Below are positions 7,463-18,683 of a DNA stretch of 64,000 nt, piece by piece. The DNA is taken from positions 32,001 to 96,000 of the forward strand of contig JBBRNJ010000022.1 in assembly GCA_038230375.1 (NCBI GenBank), given 5' to 3'. The notes under the pieces are model-generated. The model saw only the letters and a program-made list of their open reading frames with translations, had not been told where the DNA came from and did not search any database. Position 1 is the stretch's first letter. Each line of letters begins with the position of its first letter. Position numbers and translations under genes: made by a program. Source of the stretch: Polyangiales bacterium. GTDB lineage: Bacteria > Myxococcota_A > Polyangia > Polyangiales > Polyangiaceae.

Positions 7463-8401
7463 ATGAATCGCGATAGAGGACTGAAGAGCATCAAGGAAGC
7501 GCGCCAGGAGCGCGTGTCCCGCAAGTTCGGGCGGCCCACGGGGACTGCGGCGATCGTCGTGGTGGTCGGGCTCTTGCTCGTGCTGCTCGGGAACTACTTC
7601 TGGACGGAGCGGAAGCTCGATGCGAAGCGCGAGGCCGTACTCTCGCAGCAGCGCGCCGCGCTCGCCACGCTCGGTGCGGAGTGGTTTCCGCTGCGGGACA
7701 GGATCGAGGGCATCGTCATGGCGAACGCCAACGACTACCTGGGCGATCAGACCGCGACCGAGGCGACCACCTGGGATTTTCGCGCCATCCCCGGCATCTA
7801 TCTCCGCCTGCGCACGGCGGACGCACAGAACGTGAAGGACCTGCGCGCGGCCGGCGGGGAGTCGCGCCGGGACGGCTTCACCGCGTGTCTGCTTCGCACG
7901 CAGTCCGCCGAGGACATGGACGCGGGCCAGTCCGAGGATCGGCCGTGGAACCTGCGTCAAGCGTACATGTCCACGCGCGTGCTCACGGACGAGTGGACGC
8001 ACGAGGTGAAGACCGCGAGCGACGAGATGCGCGTGCGTGTCTTCGAGGAGCAGTACGACAAGGCCAAGCGCGAGGAGATCCCCGTCGCGGTGGACATCGT
8101 GAAGCGCGCGCAGTTCTTCCTGCTGGTCCTGGACGAGGACACCCCCGAGGCAAGGGCCGACCAGGATGGTGGACCGCTCACGCTGCAGGCGCTGGAGCTC
8201 TACTCGCACGCGTCGCGCGTGATCCTGTTCAACCTGAATACGAACAAGCTCGAGATGCGCCTCCGCCGCACGCCGCAGACCAAGTTCTATCTGGCCGGTG
8301 AGAACCGCGCGCTCCCGCAGGAGTCGCGCGACGCCATGGTCCGCCAGGTGAACAACTGCGGGCTGGCCACGGACGTGAAGCGCGCACTCAAGATGAAATG
8401 A
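7463..8401 (+). CDS. Hypothetical single-pass membrane protein
   Basis: 312-aa ORF, N-terminal TM (AAIVVVVGLLLVLLG), high GC3. Confidence 0.8.
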   Translation: MNRDRGLKSIKEARQERVSRKFGRPTGTAAIVVVVGLLLVLLGNYFWTERKLDAKREAVLSQQRAALATLGAEWFPLRDRIEGIVMANANDYLGDQTATEATTWDFRAIPGIYLRLRTADAQNVKDLRAAGGESRRDGFTACLLRTQSAEDMDAGQSEDRPWNLRQAYMSTRVLTDEWTHEVKTASDEMRVRVFEEQYDKAKREEIPVAVDIVKRAQFFLLVLDEDTPEARADQDGGPLTLQALELYSHASRVILFNLNTNKLEMRLRRTPQTKFYLAGENRALPQESRDAMVRQVNNCGLATDVKRALKMK

Positions 8402-9638
8402 CGCGTCCGGCCGCGAGCACGTGAACGTCCGCGAAGTTCACGCCTGAAGGAGCCTCGGGGAGCGCGGTGCCCGCGCGCGCATGGAGCACTCCGGCATCAA
8501 AGCCGCCGATCGCCGCGGATAGCGCCTCTGCGCGCCTCGCGAACGAGCCCGCGTGGACGACGGCGCCCGCGGTGCCGCTCCCACCATCCACGCCATCCGT
8601 GGCGCCAGCAAGGAACGCGACGCCAGCGGGAAGGCGCGACGCGAGCAGCGCGCAGAGGTGCGTGCATCGACCCCCGCGACCGTGCACCGCTGGCACCTGC
8701 ATGCCGGGTTCGGCGGCACGCACGACCGCGGTCCCAGGCTGAAGCTTGCGTGCAATATGCATGTATTTGGAAACGAGCGCGCCAACGTCTGCGTCGGATG
8801 GCGGCAGCACGCGCACGGCGAGGCCGGTCTGGGCAAGCGCCCGCGCGATCTCACGAGCGAACCAGCGCGGCGATGCGATGATCTCGAGATCGGTGATCGC
8901 GGACCTACGCGGCTTCAGCGTCTCGACGAGAGAGAGCGAGCTGTGTTCCGGAGCGAAGCGATGAAGCACCTTCGCAGCCTGTTTGCGCGTGGTCGGGTCC
9001 GGTGACGTCGGGCCAGAGCCTATGTCCCACGGCGTATCGCTGAGAACGTCGCTCACGACCAGCGTCACGACACGCGCGTGACCGGCGGCGCGCAGCAGCG
9101 CACCACCCTTGATGCCCGAGAGATGGCGGCGCACCACGTTCACCTCCGAGATGGTCGCGCCCGCGCGGAGCAAGGCATCCGACAGTGCTCGCTTCCTCGC
9201 GAGCGACACGCCGACCGGCAAGGACAAGAGTGCGGAGGCGCCACCCGACACGAGCACCAGGAGGTTCTGGCGCTTCGCATTGGGTCCGTTTGCGGCTCTG
9301 CCGGCGAGCGCGAGTGCTCGCTTCGCGGCACGTACACTTCGTGCGTCCGGGAGCGGATGGGCCGCATGCATGTAATATGCACCTTTTCGAGAGCGCGGCA
9401 GCCTGGTCCCGTCCGGTGCGACGACCAGGCTCTCCTGCACGGTGGCGCCGGCGGCGGCGAGACCGAGCAATGCGCCCTTGAACATCGTCAGTGCGGCCTT
9501 GCCGATCGCTATCACGCGCCACGCCTCTCCCTCCATGGCCCGCCGCGCGATGGCATCACGGGTACGCTCGCGAACGCGCGCCTGTGCGCCGCGCAGAGCG
9601 TCACGAAAGACGCGACGGAGCAGCGGAGCCACGTTCAC
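8388..9638 (-). CDS. Glycerate kinase type 2 (DUF4147/MOFRL)
   Basis: IAIGKAA, HPLPD, LVSGGASAL, RRHLSGIKGG, GSGPT, TDGVDG, GVNFAD; GTG at 9638 overlaps the upstream TGA. Confidence 0.85.
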   Translation of the reverse strand: MNVAPLLRRVFRDALRGAQARVRERTRDAIARRAMEGEAWRVIAIGKAALTMFKGALLGLAAAGATVQESLVVAPDGTRLPRSRKGAYYMHAAHPLPDARSVRAAKRALALAGRAANGPNAKRQNLLVLVSGGASALLSLPVGVSLARKRALSDALLRAGATISEVNVVRRHLSGIKGGALLRAAGHARVVTLVVSDVLSDTPWDIGSGPTSPDPTTRKQAAKVLHRFAPEHSSLSLVETLKPRRSAITDLEIIASPRWFAREIARALAQTGLAVRVLPPSDADVGALVSKYMHIARKLQPGTAVVRAAEPGMQVPAVHGRGGRCTHLCALLASRLPAGVAFLAGATDGVDGGSGTAGAVVHAGSFARRAEALSAAIGGFDAGVLHARAGTALPEAPSGVNFADVHVLAAGRVISS

Positions 9639-10270
9639 TCCGGTGCGCGATCGCCCGCGTCGATGAGGTGCGCGCCGATCACCTGATGCCACGCGAGCGT
9701 GATGCCCACGAAGAGCGCGCGATCCGTCGGCCCCTGCACGGTCTCGCCGGCCAAAGCGCCATCGCTCCAGCGGCAGCCGCCATGCGTGGCAATGAAGAGC
9801 CCCGTGGCGCGCGAGAAGATCGGGATCTCCAGGCCCAGGCCCGCCTGGAAGCCAGGCTTTGCGCCGAACTGACGTCCCTGCGGCTGCTGCGCGAAGCCGC
9901 CGAGCTCCAGGCCGAACGAGTCGAGCAGCATGTCGGCACGACCCTGATCGAACTCCTTGCCCGTGAGCCAGCGCGCGAGGAAGAGCGGACGGAGCTCCAG
10001 GCCGAACGCGAGCACGCGCTCTGGCTCCGCGTCCTTGAAGAAGGCCTTGTCCTCGTACGTGACGAACAGCCCAGACGTGGACATGTAGCGCGCGCGGAGA
10101 TCCACGGTGGTGCGCGGCGCACGGGGCCCGAACGTCGCGCCAAGGCCACCGACGAGCGTGAGATCGCCGTCCAGGCGACCCGCGGTGGGCTCGTCGGCGC
10201 GGGCCACGTGCGGCGTGGACGCGAGAAGCGCCGCAAGTAGCCCGAAGAGCGCGATCGAAGCCGTTTTCAC
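9635..10270 (-). CDS. Hypothetical secreted/outer-membrane beta-rich protein
   Basis: Signal peptide ending ARA-DEP; alternating beta-strand pattern; abuts neighbours. Confidence 0.7.
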   Translation of the reverse strand: MKTASIALFGLLAALLASTPHVARADEPTAGRLDGDLTLVGGLGATFGPRAPRTTVDLRARYMSTSGLFVTYEDKAFFKDAEPERVLAFGLELRPLFLARWLTGKEFDQGRADMLLDSFGLELGGFAQQPQGRQFGAKPGFQAGLGLEIPIFSRATGLFIATHGGCRWSDGALAGETVQGPTDRALFVGITLAWHQVIGAHLIDAGDRAPE

Positions 10271-11572
10271 TCAGAGCCCCAGCGCTGCCGTGATGTCGTC
10301 GCGGAGCTCCGCTGCAAAGACCAGACGCACGCGCGTCAGCACCTGACCCGCAAGCCGCGCGAGCAGGAAGCTCACCTCGGACAGTGGACGTTGCGGACCC
10401 TTGGCGAACACGACCATGAGCGGATCGGCCTCCGCGCCGAACGGGGTGTCGCTCGCGACGTCCAGACCAACGTAGACGCGCTCGTCGAGACCGCGCGAGC
10501 GAGCCACCTCGCGTGCCTTCTCCAGCGCCAGTAGCCGGCCCTCGGGCAATGCCTGCTCGCCGAACAGCTCCAGTGTCTTGAAGAGCGAGCGCACCCTCAC
10601 GCGCTTGCAGAGATCCGCGAGCGGTTTGTCCTGGCTGTCCTCCCAGCCGCGCATGGCGACCGCAAGCACGCCGTCGTCGAGCTCCAGGTATTCGCGCAGG
10701 GGCGGCGCGGCGCCATGCGCAGCGAGCTCCACCGCCCTGGGCGTGAGAGGCAAACGCATGCCCTCCGCGATGAGCTCCGACGCGCGCCCGAGCACGGTCC
10801 GGATCATCCACTCCGCGGAGCGCGTGGCCTTGTGCAGGTAGACCTGCTGGAACATGAAGAGGCGCGCCAGGAGAAATGCCTCGATCGCGGGGAGCCCTTT
10901 TGCGCCGTCGATCGCGAGGCCGGGCGCAGCGTCCGCGGTCGCTCCTGGTCCAGGCTTTCCGAAGCGAAGGCTGCGGAGGAGCCAGTCCAGATCGAAGAGG
11001 CCATAGCGCACGCCGGTCTCGTGCGCGTCGCGCAGGAGGTAGTCGCAGCGGTCCACGTCGAACGTGCCGCTCACGGCCTTGGCTATGTACGCGAGCGGAT
11101 GCTCCCCGCGGACCAGCGCTGCGACGCGCGCGGGCATGCCTGGATCCATCTGCGTCAGCACCTTGTTCACCCCGGTGGAGTCGGACAGGATGATCTTCTC
11201 CGTCCAATCCTCGTGGTGCGCGGTGCCGGGGATCGCGTCCTCGAACAGGTGAGAGAGCGGGCCATGGCCGGCGTCGTGCAGGAACGCGGCGGCGAGCGTA
11301 TCGCGCGCGGTCTCGCTGGTGAGCTGCTGCCAGTACGGAAGCTCTCCATGGATCTGACGGATGCGCGCGATGAGGCGCTTCATCACGTACGCCGCGCCGA
11401 TGGCGTGCGCGAAGCGTGAGTGCTCCGCCCCCGGGAACGCATACGACGCTACGCCGAGCTGACGGATGCGCCTGAGGCGCTGCATTTCCTCGGTGTCCAT
11501 GAGGAGCTCGACCACGCGCTCCTCCTCGGACTCGAACTCGACGAGGCCATGGACGGGGTCTCGGAGGATCAT
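10271..11572 (-). CDS. HD-domain dNTP triphosphohydrolase (SAMHD1/YwfO-like)
   Basis: RDPVHG, QRLRRIRQLG, HSRFAH, LHDAGHGPLSH, DVDRCDYLLRD, VYLHK. Confidence 0.92.
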   Translation of the reverse strand: MILRDPVHGLVEFESEEERVVELLMDTEEMQRLRRIRQLGVASYAFPGAEHSRFAHAIGAAYVMKRLIARIRQIHGELPYWQQLTSETARDTLAAAFLHDAGHGPLSHLFEDAIPGTAHHEDWTEKIILSDSTGVNKVLTQMDPGMPARVAALVRGEHPLAYIAKAVSGTFDVDRCDYLLRDAHETGVRYGLFDLDWLLRSLRFGKPGPGATADAAPGLAIDGAKGLPAIEAFLLARLFMFQQVYLHKATRSAEWMIRTVLGRASELIAEGMRLPLTPRAVELAAHGAAPPLREYLELDDGVLAVAMRGWEDSQDKPLADLCKRVRVRSLFKTLELFGEQALPEGRLLALEKAREVARSRGLDERVYVGLDVASDTPFGAEADPLMVVFAKGPQRPLSEVSFLLARLAGQVLTRVRLVFAAELRDDITAALGL

Positions 11573-13059
11573 CGCGCGTTCTCCAGCAGGGTGGTCAGTG
11601 TCTCGCCGTCATCCGTGTGGATGCGCACCGCAGGCGTGCCCTCGAACGACGCAGGAAGGGAGAGCATGGCGTCCAGCGGCGTCGCCTTCTTTCCCGGAAC
11701 GCGCGCGCGCGAGGCGGCAGCGGTGAAGGTCCCGTGGACATCCGTCTCGCCGACGCTCCACGAGAGCGGCTCCTTCGGATGTTCCAGGACGATCTCACAC
11801 GTGCCGTCGAGCAGCCTTCGCGAAGCGGCCTTCACGCGTGGGCTCGCCTTGCCCTTCGCATCCGCACCATTCGCCACGGCGACGGGGTCACCGAGCGTGG
11901 ACACCGAGAACCCCATTCCCGCGCGGATGAAGCGCGCGCGAGAGGTGAAGATCGCGCCCGACTGCGCGTCCGACACGATGGCGCGGCGACCCGTGACGTG
12001 TGCGGCCTCTGCGGTGGTGCCGCTGCCCGAAAACACGTCGACCACCAATCCCCCGGGCTTCGTGCCGCAAGCGATGATGCGCTCGAGCAGCGCGCGGGGC
12101 TTCTGTGTGGGGTAGCCGGTGCGCTCGTCCTTGGCGACATGACGGACGGGCGCGATGTCGGTCCAGAGTGTGTCGACGGGGCGCTCGCGGCACCAGCGAC
12201 CTTCGTCGTCCTGGACGAGGAAGTACTTGATGTAGACCTTGCCGGAAGCCGTGCGATGAACGCGGCCGATCTTGTCGAGCTTCGCGATCGACTCGTCCGT
12301 GTAGTCGCCGCGCGGCGCGCTGGTGAAGAGGCGGCCCTGCTCGTCCTTGCGCATGGCGCCGTCGTCGATGGGCTCCTTGCGCAACGGTGGGACCAGCACC
12401 GCGTCCTTCTTCCCGTAGACGACGATGGTGTCGAGCGTGCGTCCGAACTGACCGCTCTTCGCCTGGCGCCCCAGGTTCGGCGCGCGCTTCCAGATGACCT
12501 CATTCAGGAAGCACTCACGCCCCATGATCTCGTCCAGGAGCACGCGCACCAGGTACGCGGCGCGCCAGTCCAGATGCACCCAGATCGTGCCGCGTGGAGA
12601 GAGCAAGCGCGTGAGCGCCTCGAGCCTTGGCGCGAGCATGTCGAGGTACGCGCCTGCGCCGCCGTCCTTCTTTCCCCAGCGGTCCCCGTAAGCAACACTC
12701 CGGTGCACGCGCCCGTCGGCGTTGCCATCTAGCCGCGCCTCCAGGATGTAGTCGGTCTGCGAAAGGAACGGAGGGTCGACGTAGACGAGGTCTACCTTGC
12801 CGGCGAGCTGCTCGTCCTCGAGCAGGCTCGTCACCGCGAGGGCGTCGCCCTGGATGAGCCGGTGTGTCTGATCGCCGTAGCGCTCGGAGGTGTGGAGCGC
12901 CTCCACCGGGTGCTCGCGCTGGTCGCGGTCTTCGCGCTGGTCGCGTTGGTCGTGATTGCGGAACATGCGTCCAGGCCACGCGAGCACGGGGCCGGCGTCC
13001 GCTGCTGGGCCTGCTGTGCGCGTTGTTTGGGTTGTGCGACGGCTGGCCACGACGGGCAC
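11569..13059 (-). CDS. Site-specific N6/N4 DNA methyltransferase, beta class (type III Mod-like), orphan; start uncertain
   Basis: Catalytic DPPF precedes SAM-binding DVFSGSGTT; YPTQKP; L.W.G[RK]-like N-terminal motif; ATGA overlap with the HD gene. Confidence 0.9.
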   Translation of the reverse strand: MPVVASRRTTQTTRTAGPAADAGPVLAWPGRMFRNHDQRDQREDRDQREHPVEALHTSERYGDQTHRLIQGDALAVTSLLEDEQLAGKVDLVYVDPPFLSQTDYILEARLDGNADGRVHRSVAYGDRWGKKDGGAGAYLDMLAPRLEALTRLLSPRGTIWVHLDWRAAYLVRVLLDEIMGRECFLNEVIWKRAPNLGRQAKSGQFGRTLDTIVVYGKKDAVLVPPLRKEPIDDGAMRKDEQGRLFTSAPRGDYTDESIAKLDKIGRVHRTASGKVYIKYFLVQDDEGRWCRERPVDTLWTDIAPVRHVAKDERTGYPTQKPRALLERIIACGTKPGGLVVDVFSGSGTTAEAAHVTGRRAIVSDAQSGAIFTSRARFIRAGMGFSVSTLGDPVAVANGADAKGKASPRVKAASRRLLDGTCEIVLEHPKEPLSWSVGETDVHGTFTAAASRARVPGKKATPLDAMLSLPASFEGTPAVRIHTDDGETLTTLLENAR

Positions 13060-13131
13060 CGATGTTACCAGAAATGCGCGACTCCCAGACGCCAACGCCA
13101 CATGCGACGGGGCTTCGACTTGGGGTGACAA

Positions 13132-15309
13132 GTGGAGCGACCAGGTCTACGTTTATTGTTGGTGCCTGCTATTGCCCTCGTCACCCATCGGCTCGAGGCT
13201 GTGCTCAGGGCATTGCCCGCCGCGGAGCTACGCGCCATCATCGACCGCCTCGGCTTGACGATCGATCCGGCGAAGCGGCTCGATCCGCCGTCGCAGCTGG
13301 CCCGCGCGCTCGTCGCGCTACCAGAGCTCCGCGAACCGGCTCGTTTACCCGAGGCGAGCGCCGCCCTCCTCCATCGCGTCGCCGAAGCGAAGGGCCAGCT
13401 CGTGGTGCCTGCCCTTCCGCCAGCGCTTGGACCGCTCGCTGCGCGCGGGCTGCTGTTCGCGCGGGGCAGCAAGACCTCCGTGGAGCTGATCCTCCCGTCC
13501 GCGTTCCTGTTGCAGCTTCGCTCGTGGGACGGCGAGGACCCGCGCGGAATTCGCGCGCTCCTGTCGCAAGCGTCCATGGAGACGCTGAGCGCGATCGCTG
13601 GACACTACCTGGGCAGGCCGGCCACCCCGCCCATCGCGCTCTCGCTGGAGGCCGCGTGGGAGGTGCTGGGCGACAACGAGAAGCTCTCCGCGGAAATAGA
13701 CAAGCTGTCGCCGACGGAGCGCCGCGTGCTCGAAGGCGTGGAGCACGACGGCGGTGAGGTCGACACGGAGGAGCTCCTCGAGCTCGAGCGCGAGCCGCTA
13801 CGCCTTCGCACGGCCACGGGTGCGACGCCTTCACGGCGCGGCGTCGGCTTCTCGCTGGAGCGCCGCGGCCTTTTGATTCCGGTGCATCCGAACCGGCACG
13901 TGGTGCCCACGGAGGTCTCTCGCATCATCGGCGCGAAGAGGCACGAGGAGCGAGAGCAGCGGCGAGCGCAGGTGTTGTCGGTGGTGCTCGCGGTCGACCA
14001 CGCCCCGCGCCGCGCGCGGTTCTCGCATGATCCTTCGCCGCTCGCGCTGGGCATGAGCCTCGCCATCCTCGAGCCCGGCAATGAAGTGCGCTCCAACGTG
14101 GGTACACCCAAGTCGCTGATCGTGAAGCTTTCTACCCGCTTCGGCCGCGACAACGGGCAGGTAGCGCTCATCGGCGCGCTGTGTCGCGCGGTCGGACTCT
14201 GGGGCCCCACCGCGCAGAATTCGGGCGGGCCTCCCGGCTCGCTCACGCTGGACGAGCTCTCCTTCCACCTCTATCGCGCATGGGCGCGCGGCGGCGCATG
14301 GGATGAGGCGCGCAAGGAGCCTGAGGTCCTCAGACTCGCGCTGGAGGCGCGCGACTCCAGCCCGGTCGGTGCGATCCGCGCGATGGTGCAGAATGCGCTG
14401 AAAGACCTGGGTGAGGATCGCTGGGTGCCGTGGACGCAGCTTCAGGGTTACTTGAAGAGTGATCATCGCGTGCCCGGGCTCGCGCGACTGTTCCGCCGCT
14501 GGGCAGAGCGAAACGGCACGGAGATCGTCGAGCCGCTCGACGTGGCGCGTCGCATCGTGACGGAGAGCCTTCCGGCGCTCGGCGTGGTGGACCTTGGCGA
14601 GGGCGAGACCACCACGGGCGGTGCCACGGACGAGATCGCGCTGCGCCTGACGCCGCGCGGCCGCGCCATGCTGTCCGACAAGACCTCTTCCGAGAAGGAG
14701 AAGACCAAGTCGAAGTTCCTCGACACGCACGTGCTCCAGGTCGGCACCAGCGCCCATGTCCACGCGGTCCTCGCGCTGTCCACGCTCGTGGAGGTCGGAC
14801 GCGTCGCCGACACGCTCGACCTGATCGTCGCGCCGCAGACGCTCGCAAAGGCGCTCGCCGCAGGCTTCGAGGCAGACCAGGTGCGTCAACGCATCGAAGA
14901 GGTCGCTCCACTGCCGGAGACCCTGTCGCGCACGCTCGCGCAGGCCAGTGTCGTGCTCGGCCGCTGCACGTTCGAGCCAGCGGCCGGGTTCCTCTGGGTC
15001 GAGGACAAGAACATCCTCGAGCTCCTGCGCACGCGCAAGGCCACAGCGGAGCTCTTCGTGGAGCCGTCGCCACCGTCAGGTTTGCTGGTGCAGGCCAGCG
15101 TCGACCTGGACAAGCTGGTCCGGCGCTGCCGTACGATCGGCATCGAAGTCGTGTACGACGGCAACGTGATCCGCGCACGCGCGATGGGCACCGGCGGCAC
15201 CCCACTCCCTCGCTCTCTCACGCCCCCGCCCGGCAAAGTGACCGCCGTGAGAAGCCTTCAGCGCTCCCCCACGCCGCCCCCAGTGGCCGTGCGCAAGACC
15301 GAGAAGTGA
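13132..15309 (+). CDS. Helicase-associated domain protein (Helicase_C_3, XPB-partner type); no ATPase motifs seen
   Basis: Winged-helix-like blocks and C-terminal TLAKALAAGFEADQVRQRIEEVAPLPETLSRTL-type segment. Confidence 0.6.
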   Translation: MERPGLRLLLVPAIALVTHRLEAVLRALPAAELRAIIDRLGLTIDPAKRLDPPSQLARALVALPELREPARLPEASAALLHRVAEAKGQLVVPALPPALGPLAARGLLFARGSKTSVELILPSAFLLQLRSWDGEDPRGIRALLSQASMETLSAIAGHYLGRPATPPIALSLEAAWEVLGDNEKLSAEIDKLSPTERRVLEGVEHDGGEVDTEELLELEREPLRLRTATGATPSRRGVGFSLERRGLLIPVHPNRHVVPTEVSRIIGAKRHEEREQRRAQVLSVVLAVDHAPRRARFSHDPSPLALGMSLAILEPGNEVRSNVGTPKSLIVKLSTRFGRDNGQVALIGALCRAVGLWGPTAQNSGGPPGSLTLDELSFHLYRAWARGGAWDEARKEPEVLRLALEARDSSPVGAIRAMVQNALKDLGEDRWVPWTQLQGYLKSDHRVPGLARLFRRWAERNGTEIVEPLDVARRIVTESLPALGVVDLGEGETTTGGATDEIALRLTPRGRAMLSDKTSSEKEKTKSKFLDTHVLQVGTSAHVHAVLALSTLVEVGRVADTLDLIVAPQTLAKALAAGFEADQVRQRIEEVAPLPETLSRTLAQASVVLGRCTFEPAAGFLWVEDKNILELLRTRKATAELFVEPSPPSGLLVQASVDLDKLVRRCRTIGIEVVYDGNVIRARAMGTGGTPLPRSLTPPPGKVTAVRSLQRSPTPPPVAVRKTEK

Positions 15310-15337
15310 TCCCTTCCGTCGTTCCGGTGAATCTCTC

Positions 15338-16984
<1,647 letters not shown>

Positions 16985-17052
16985 GAGCCGGTTTTTACCA
17001 CGAGCCCAGGAGCCTGTAGGGCGTATGTGTCGCGCGAAAAATGCAGGACGAC

Positions 17053-18027
17053 TTACGAGAGGGCGAGCATGCGATCAATGGGGATTCTTGCCTTGGCGAT
17101 GAGCTCCGCGCTCATCTCGAGCCGGGGCGAGAGATCGCGCAGCGCGAGGTAGATCTTCTCGAGCGAGTTCTTCTTCATGTGAGGACATTCGTTGCAAGCG
17201 CAGTTCGCCTCGGGAGGTGCCGGGATGAACGTCTTGTCCGGCGCTGCCTTCTGCATCTGGTGCAGGATGCCCGGCTCCGTGACCACGATGAACTCCTTCT
17301 CGGGGCTCGCGGCGGCGTGCTTCAAGATGCCAGTGGTGGAGCCCACGTAGTCCGCCATGCGCAGGATGACCTCTTCGCACTCGGGGTGCGCGAGGACCTT
17401 CGCCTTCGGGTGGCGTTCCTTCAAGGCGATGAGCTTCCGCTCGCTGAAGGTCTCGTGGACGATGCAGCTGCCCTGCCACAGCTCCATGGGGCGCCCGAGC
17501 TTCTTCACCAGGAACGCGCCAAGGTTCTTGTCGGGCGCGAACAGCACCTTCTTGTCCTTCGGGATCGCCGCGACGATCTTCTCCGCGTTCGACGACGTCA
17601 CGATGTAGTCGGACTCCGACTTCACGTCCGCGGAGCAGTTGATGTAGCTCACGGTGACGGCGCCGGGGTGCCTTGCCTTCCATGCGCGAAAGCGGTCGAT
17701 GGGGCAGCCGTCCGCGAGCGAGCAGCCCGCATCCATATCGGGCACGACGACGATGCGCTCGGGGTTCAGGATCTTCGCGGTCTCCGCCATGAAGTGGACT
17801 CCGGCGAAGCAGATGACGTCGCTCTTTGCGGCCGCAGCGGCCTGCGCGAGCTGGAGTGAGTCGCCAATGACGTCAGCAACGTCCTGGATGTCGCTGTCCT
17901 GGTAGTAGTGCGCGAGGATGATCGCGTTCTTCTCGACCTTGAGACGCTTGATCTCCTCCTCCAGGTCGAGGGACGGATCGACGGGCTTCGGAGAGGCCTT
18001 CCCGTAGACGGGCAATCGGGTGTTCAC
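17053..18027 (-). CDS. nadA: Quinolinate synthase
   Basis: [35 protein letters not shown]. Confidence 0.96.
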   Translation of the reverse strand: MNTRLPVYGKASPKPVDPSLDLEEEIKRLKVEKNAIILAHYYQDSDIQDVADVIGDSLQLAQAAAAAKSDVICFAGVHFMAETAKILNPERIVVVPDMDAGCSLADGCPIDRFRAWKARHPGAVTVSYINCSADVKSESDYIVTSSNAEKIVAAIPKDKKVLFAPDKNLGAFLVKKLGRPMELWQGSCIVHETFSERKLIALKERHPKAKVLAHPECEEVILRMADYVGSTTGILKHAAASPEKEFIVVTEPGILHQMQKAAPDKTFIPAPPEANCACNECPHMKKNSLEKIYLALRDLSPRLEMSAELIAKARIPIDRMLALS

Positions 18028-18085
18028 GGTTGAGAACTTAGGAGCGATTCCACCGGGGCTCAACCCCCAGCGAAAACCGCCCGAC

Positions 18086-18604
18086 CTAGCCGCCAGATTT
18101 GCTGTTCGCGCTCTTGCGGGCGCGCAGCAGGCTCTCGGCGAGCACGGGGCCGAGCGCCTCCAGCATGACGGACTCCACGAAGGCGCGGACGGACTCGCGC
18201 TCTCCGTCGTCGGCGAAGACGAACTCGATGCCCATACCTGCCTCTTCGTCGGGCGTGCTCTTCACCCAGCGAACCTTGCCGCGCATGGCCAGGCGCCGGT
18301 TGGTGGGGCGCCCGGGGCTTGGCGGGGCTGCATCATCGCCGTCCGCACGATCATCGGGCGGCGAGGCGCCTCTTTTCGCACCAGGCATGATGAACACGAA
18401 GATGAACTCGGAGCCCACGGGCAGCGGCTTCACGGTGTGGATGAACGTACCGCCACGAGAGATATTCTTCGTGTAGTCGGCGATGAACGAGTTCAAACGC
18501 GTGTATTCAACACGCAAGACCACGGGCGCTCTGGCGTCCTCGCGGAACTCGTCGTCCACGGCGCTCACCGAACCAGGAAGGCCGCCTGTTCCGCCACCAG
18601 CCAT
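18086..18604 (-). CDS. PilZ-domain protein (TIGR02266-like)
   Basis: REDAR (RxxxR), NISRGG, GKVRW, GMGIEF. Confidence 0.85.
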   Translation of the reverse strand: MAGGGTGGLPGSVSAVDDEFREDARAPVVLRVEYTRLNSFIADYTKNISRGGTFIHTVKPLPVGSEFIFVFIMPGAKRGASPPDDRADGDDAAPPSPGRPTNRRLAMRGKVRWVKSTPDEEAGMGIEFVFADDGERESVRAFVESVMLEALGPVLAESLLRARKSANSKSGG

Positions 18605-18683
18605 GCATCGAGCCTACCAGGCCGGCCGGATTTCCGGTACCGTTGACCTGCCGCTGTGTTTGCTGGCGGGGGCAAGCTAGTTC

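Noticed and set aside
8388..11207. 939-aa glycerate kinase fusion ORF
   Set aside because: The upstream ~520 codons are an alternate frame of two better-supported genes; the likely start is GTG 9638.
11569..15309. Complete type III restriction-modification system
   Set aside because: The neighbouring protein shows no Walker A/DEAD or nuclease motifs, and no res gene is present.
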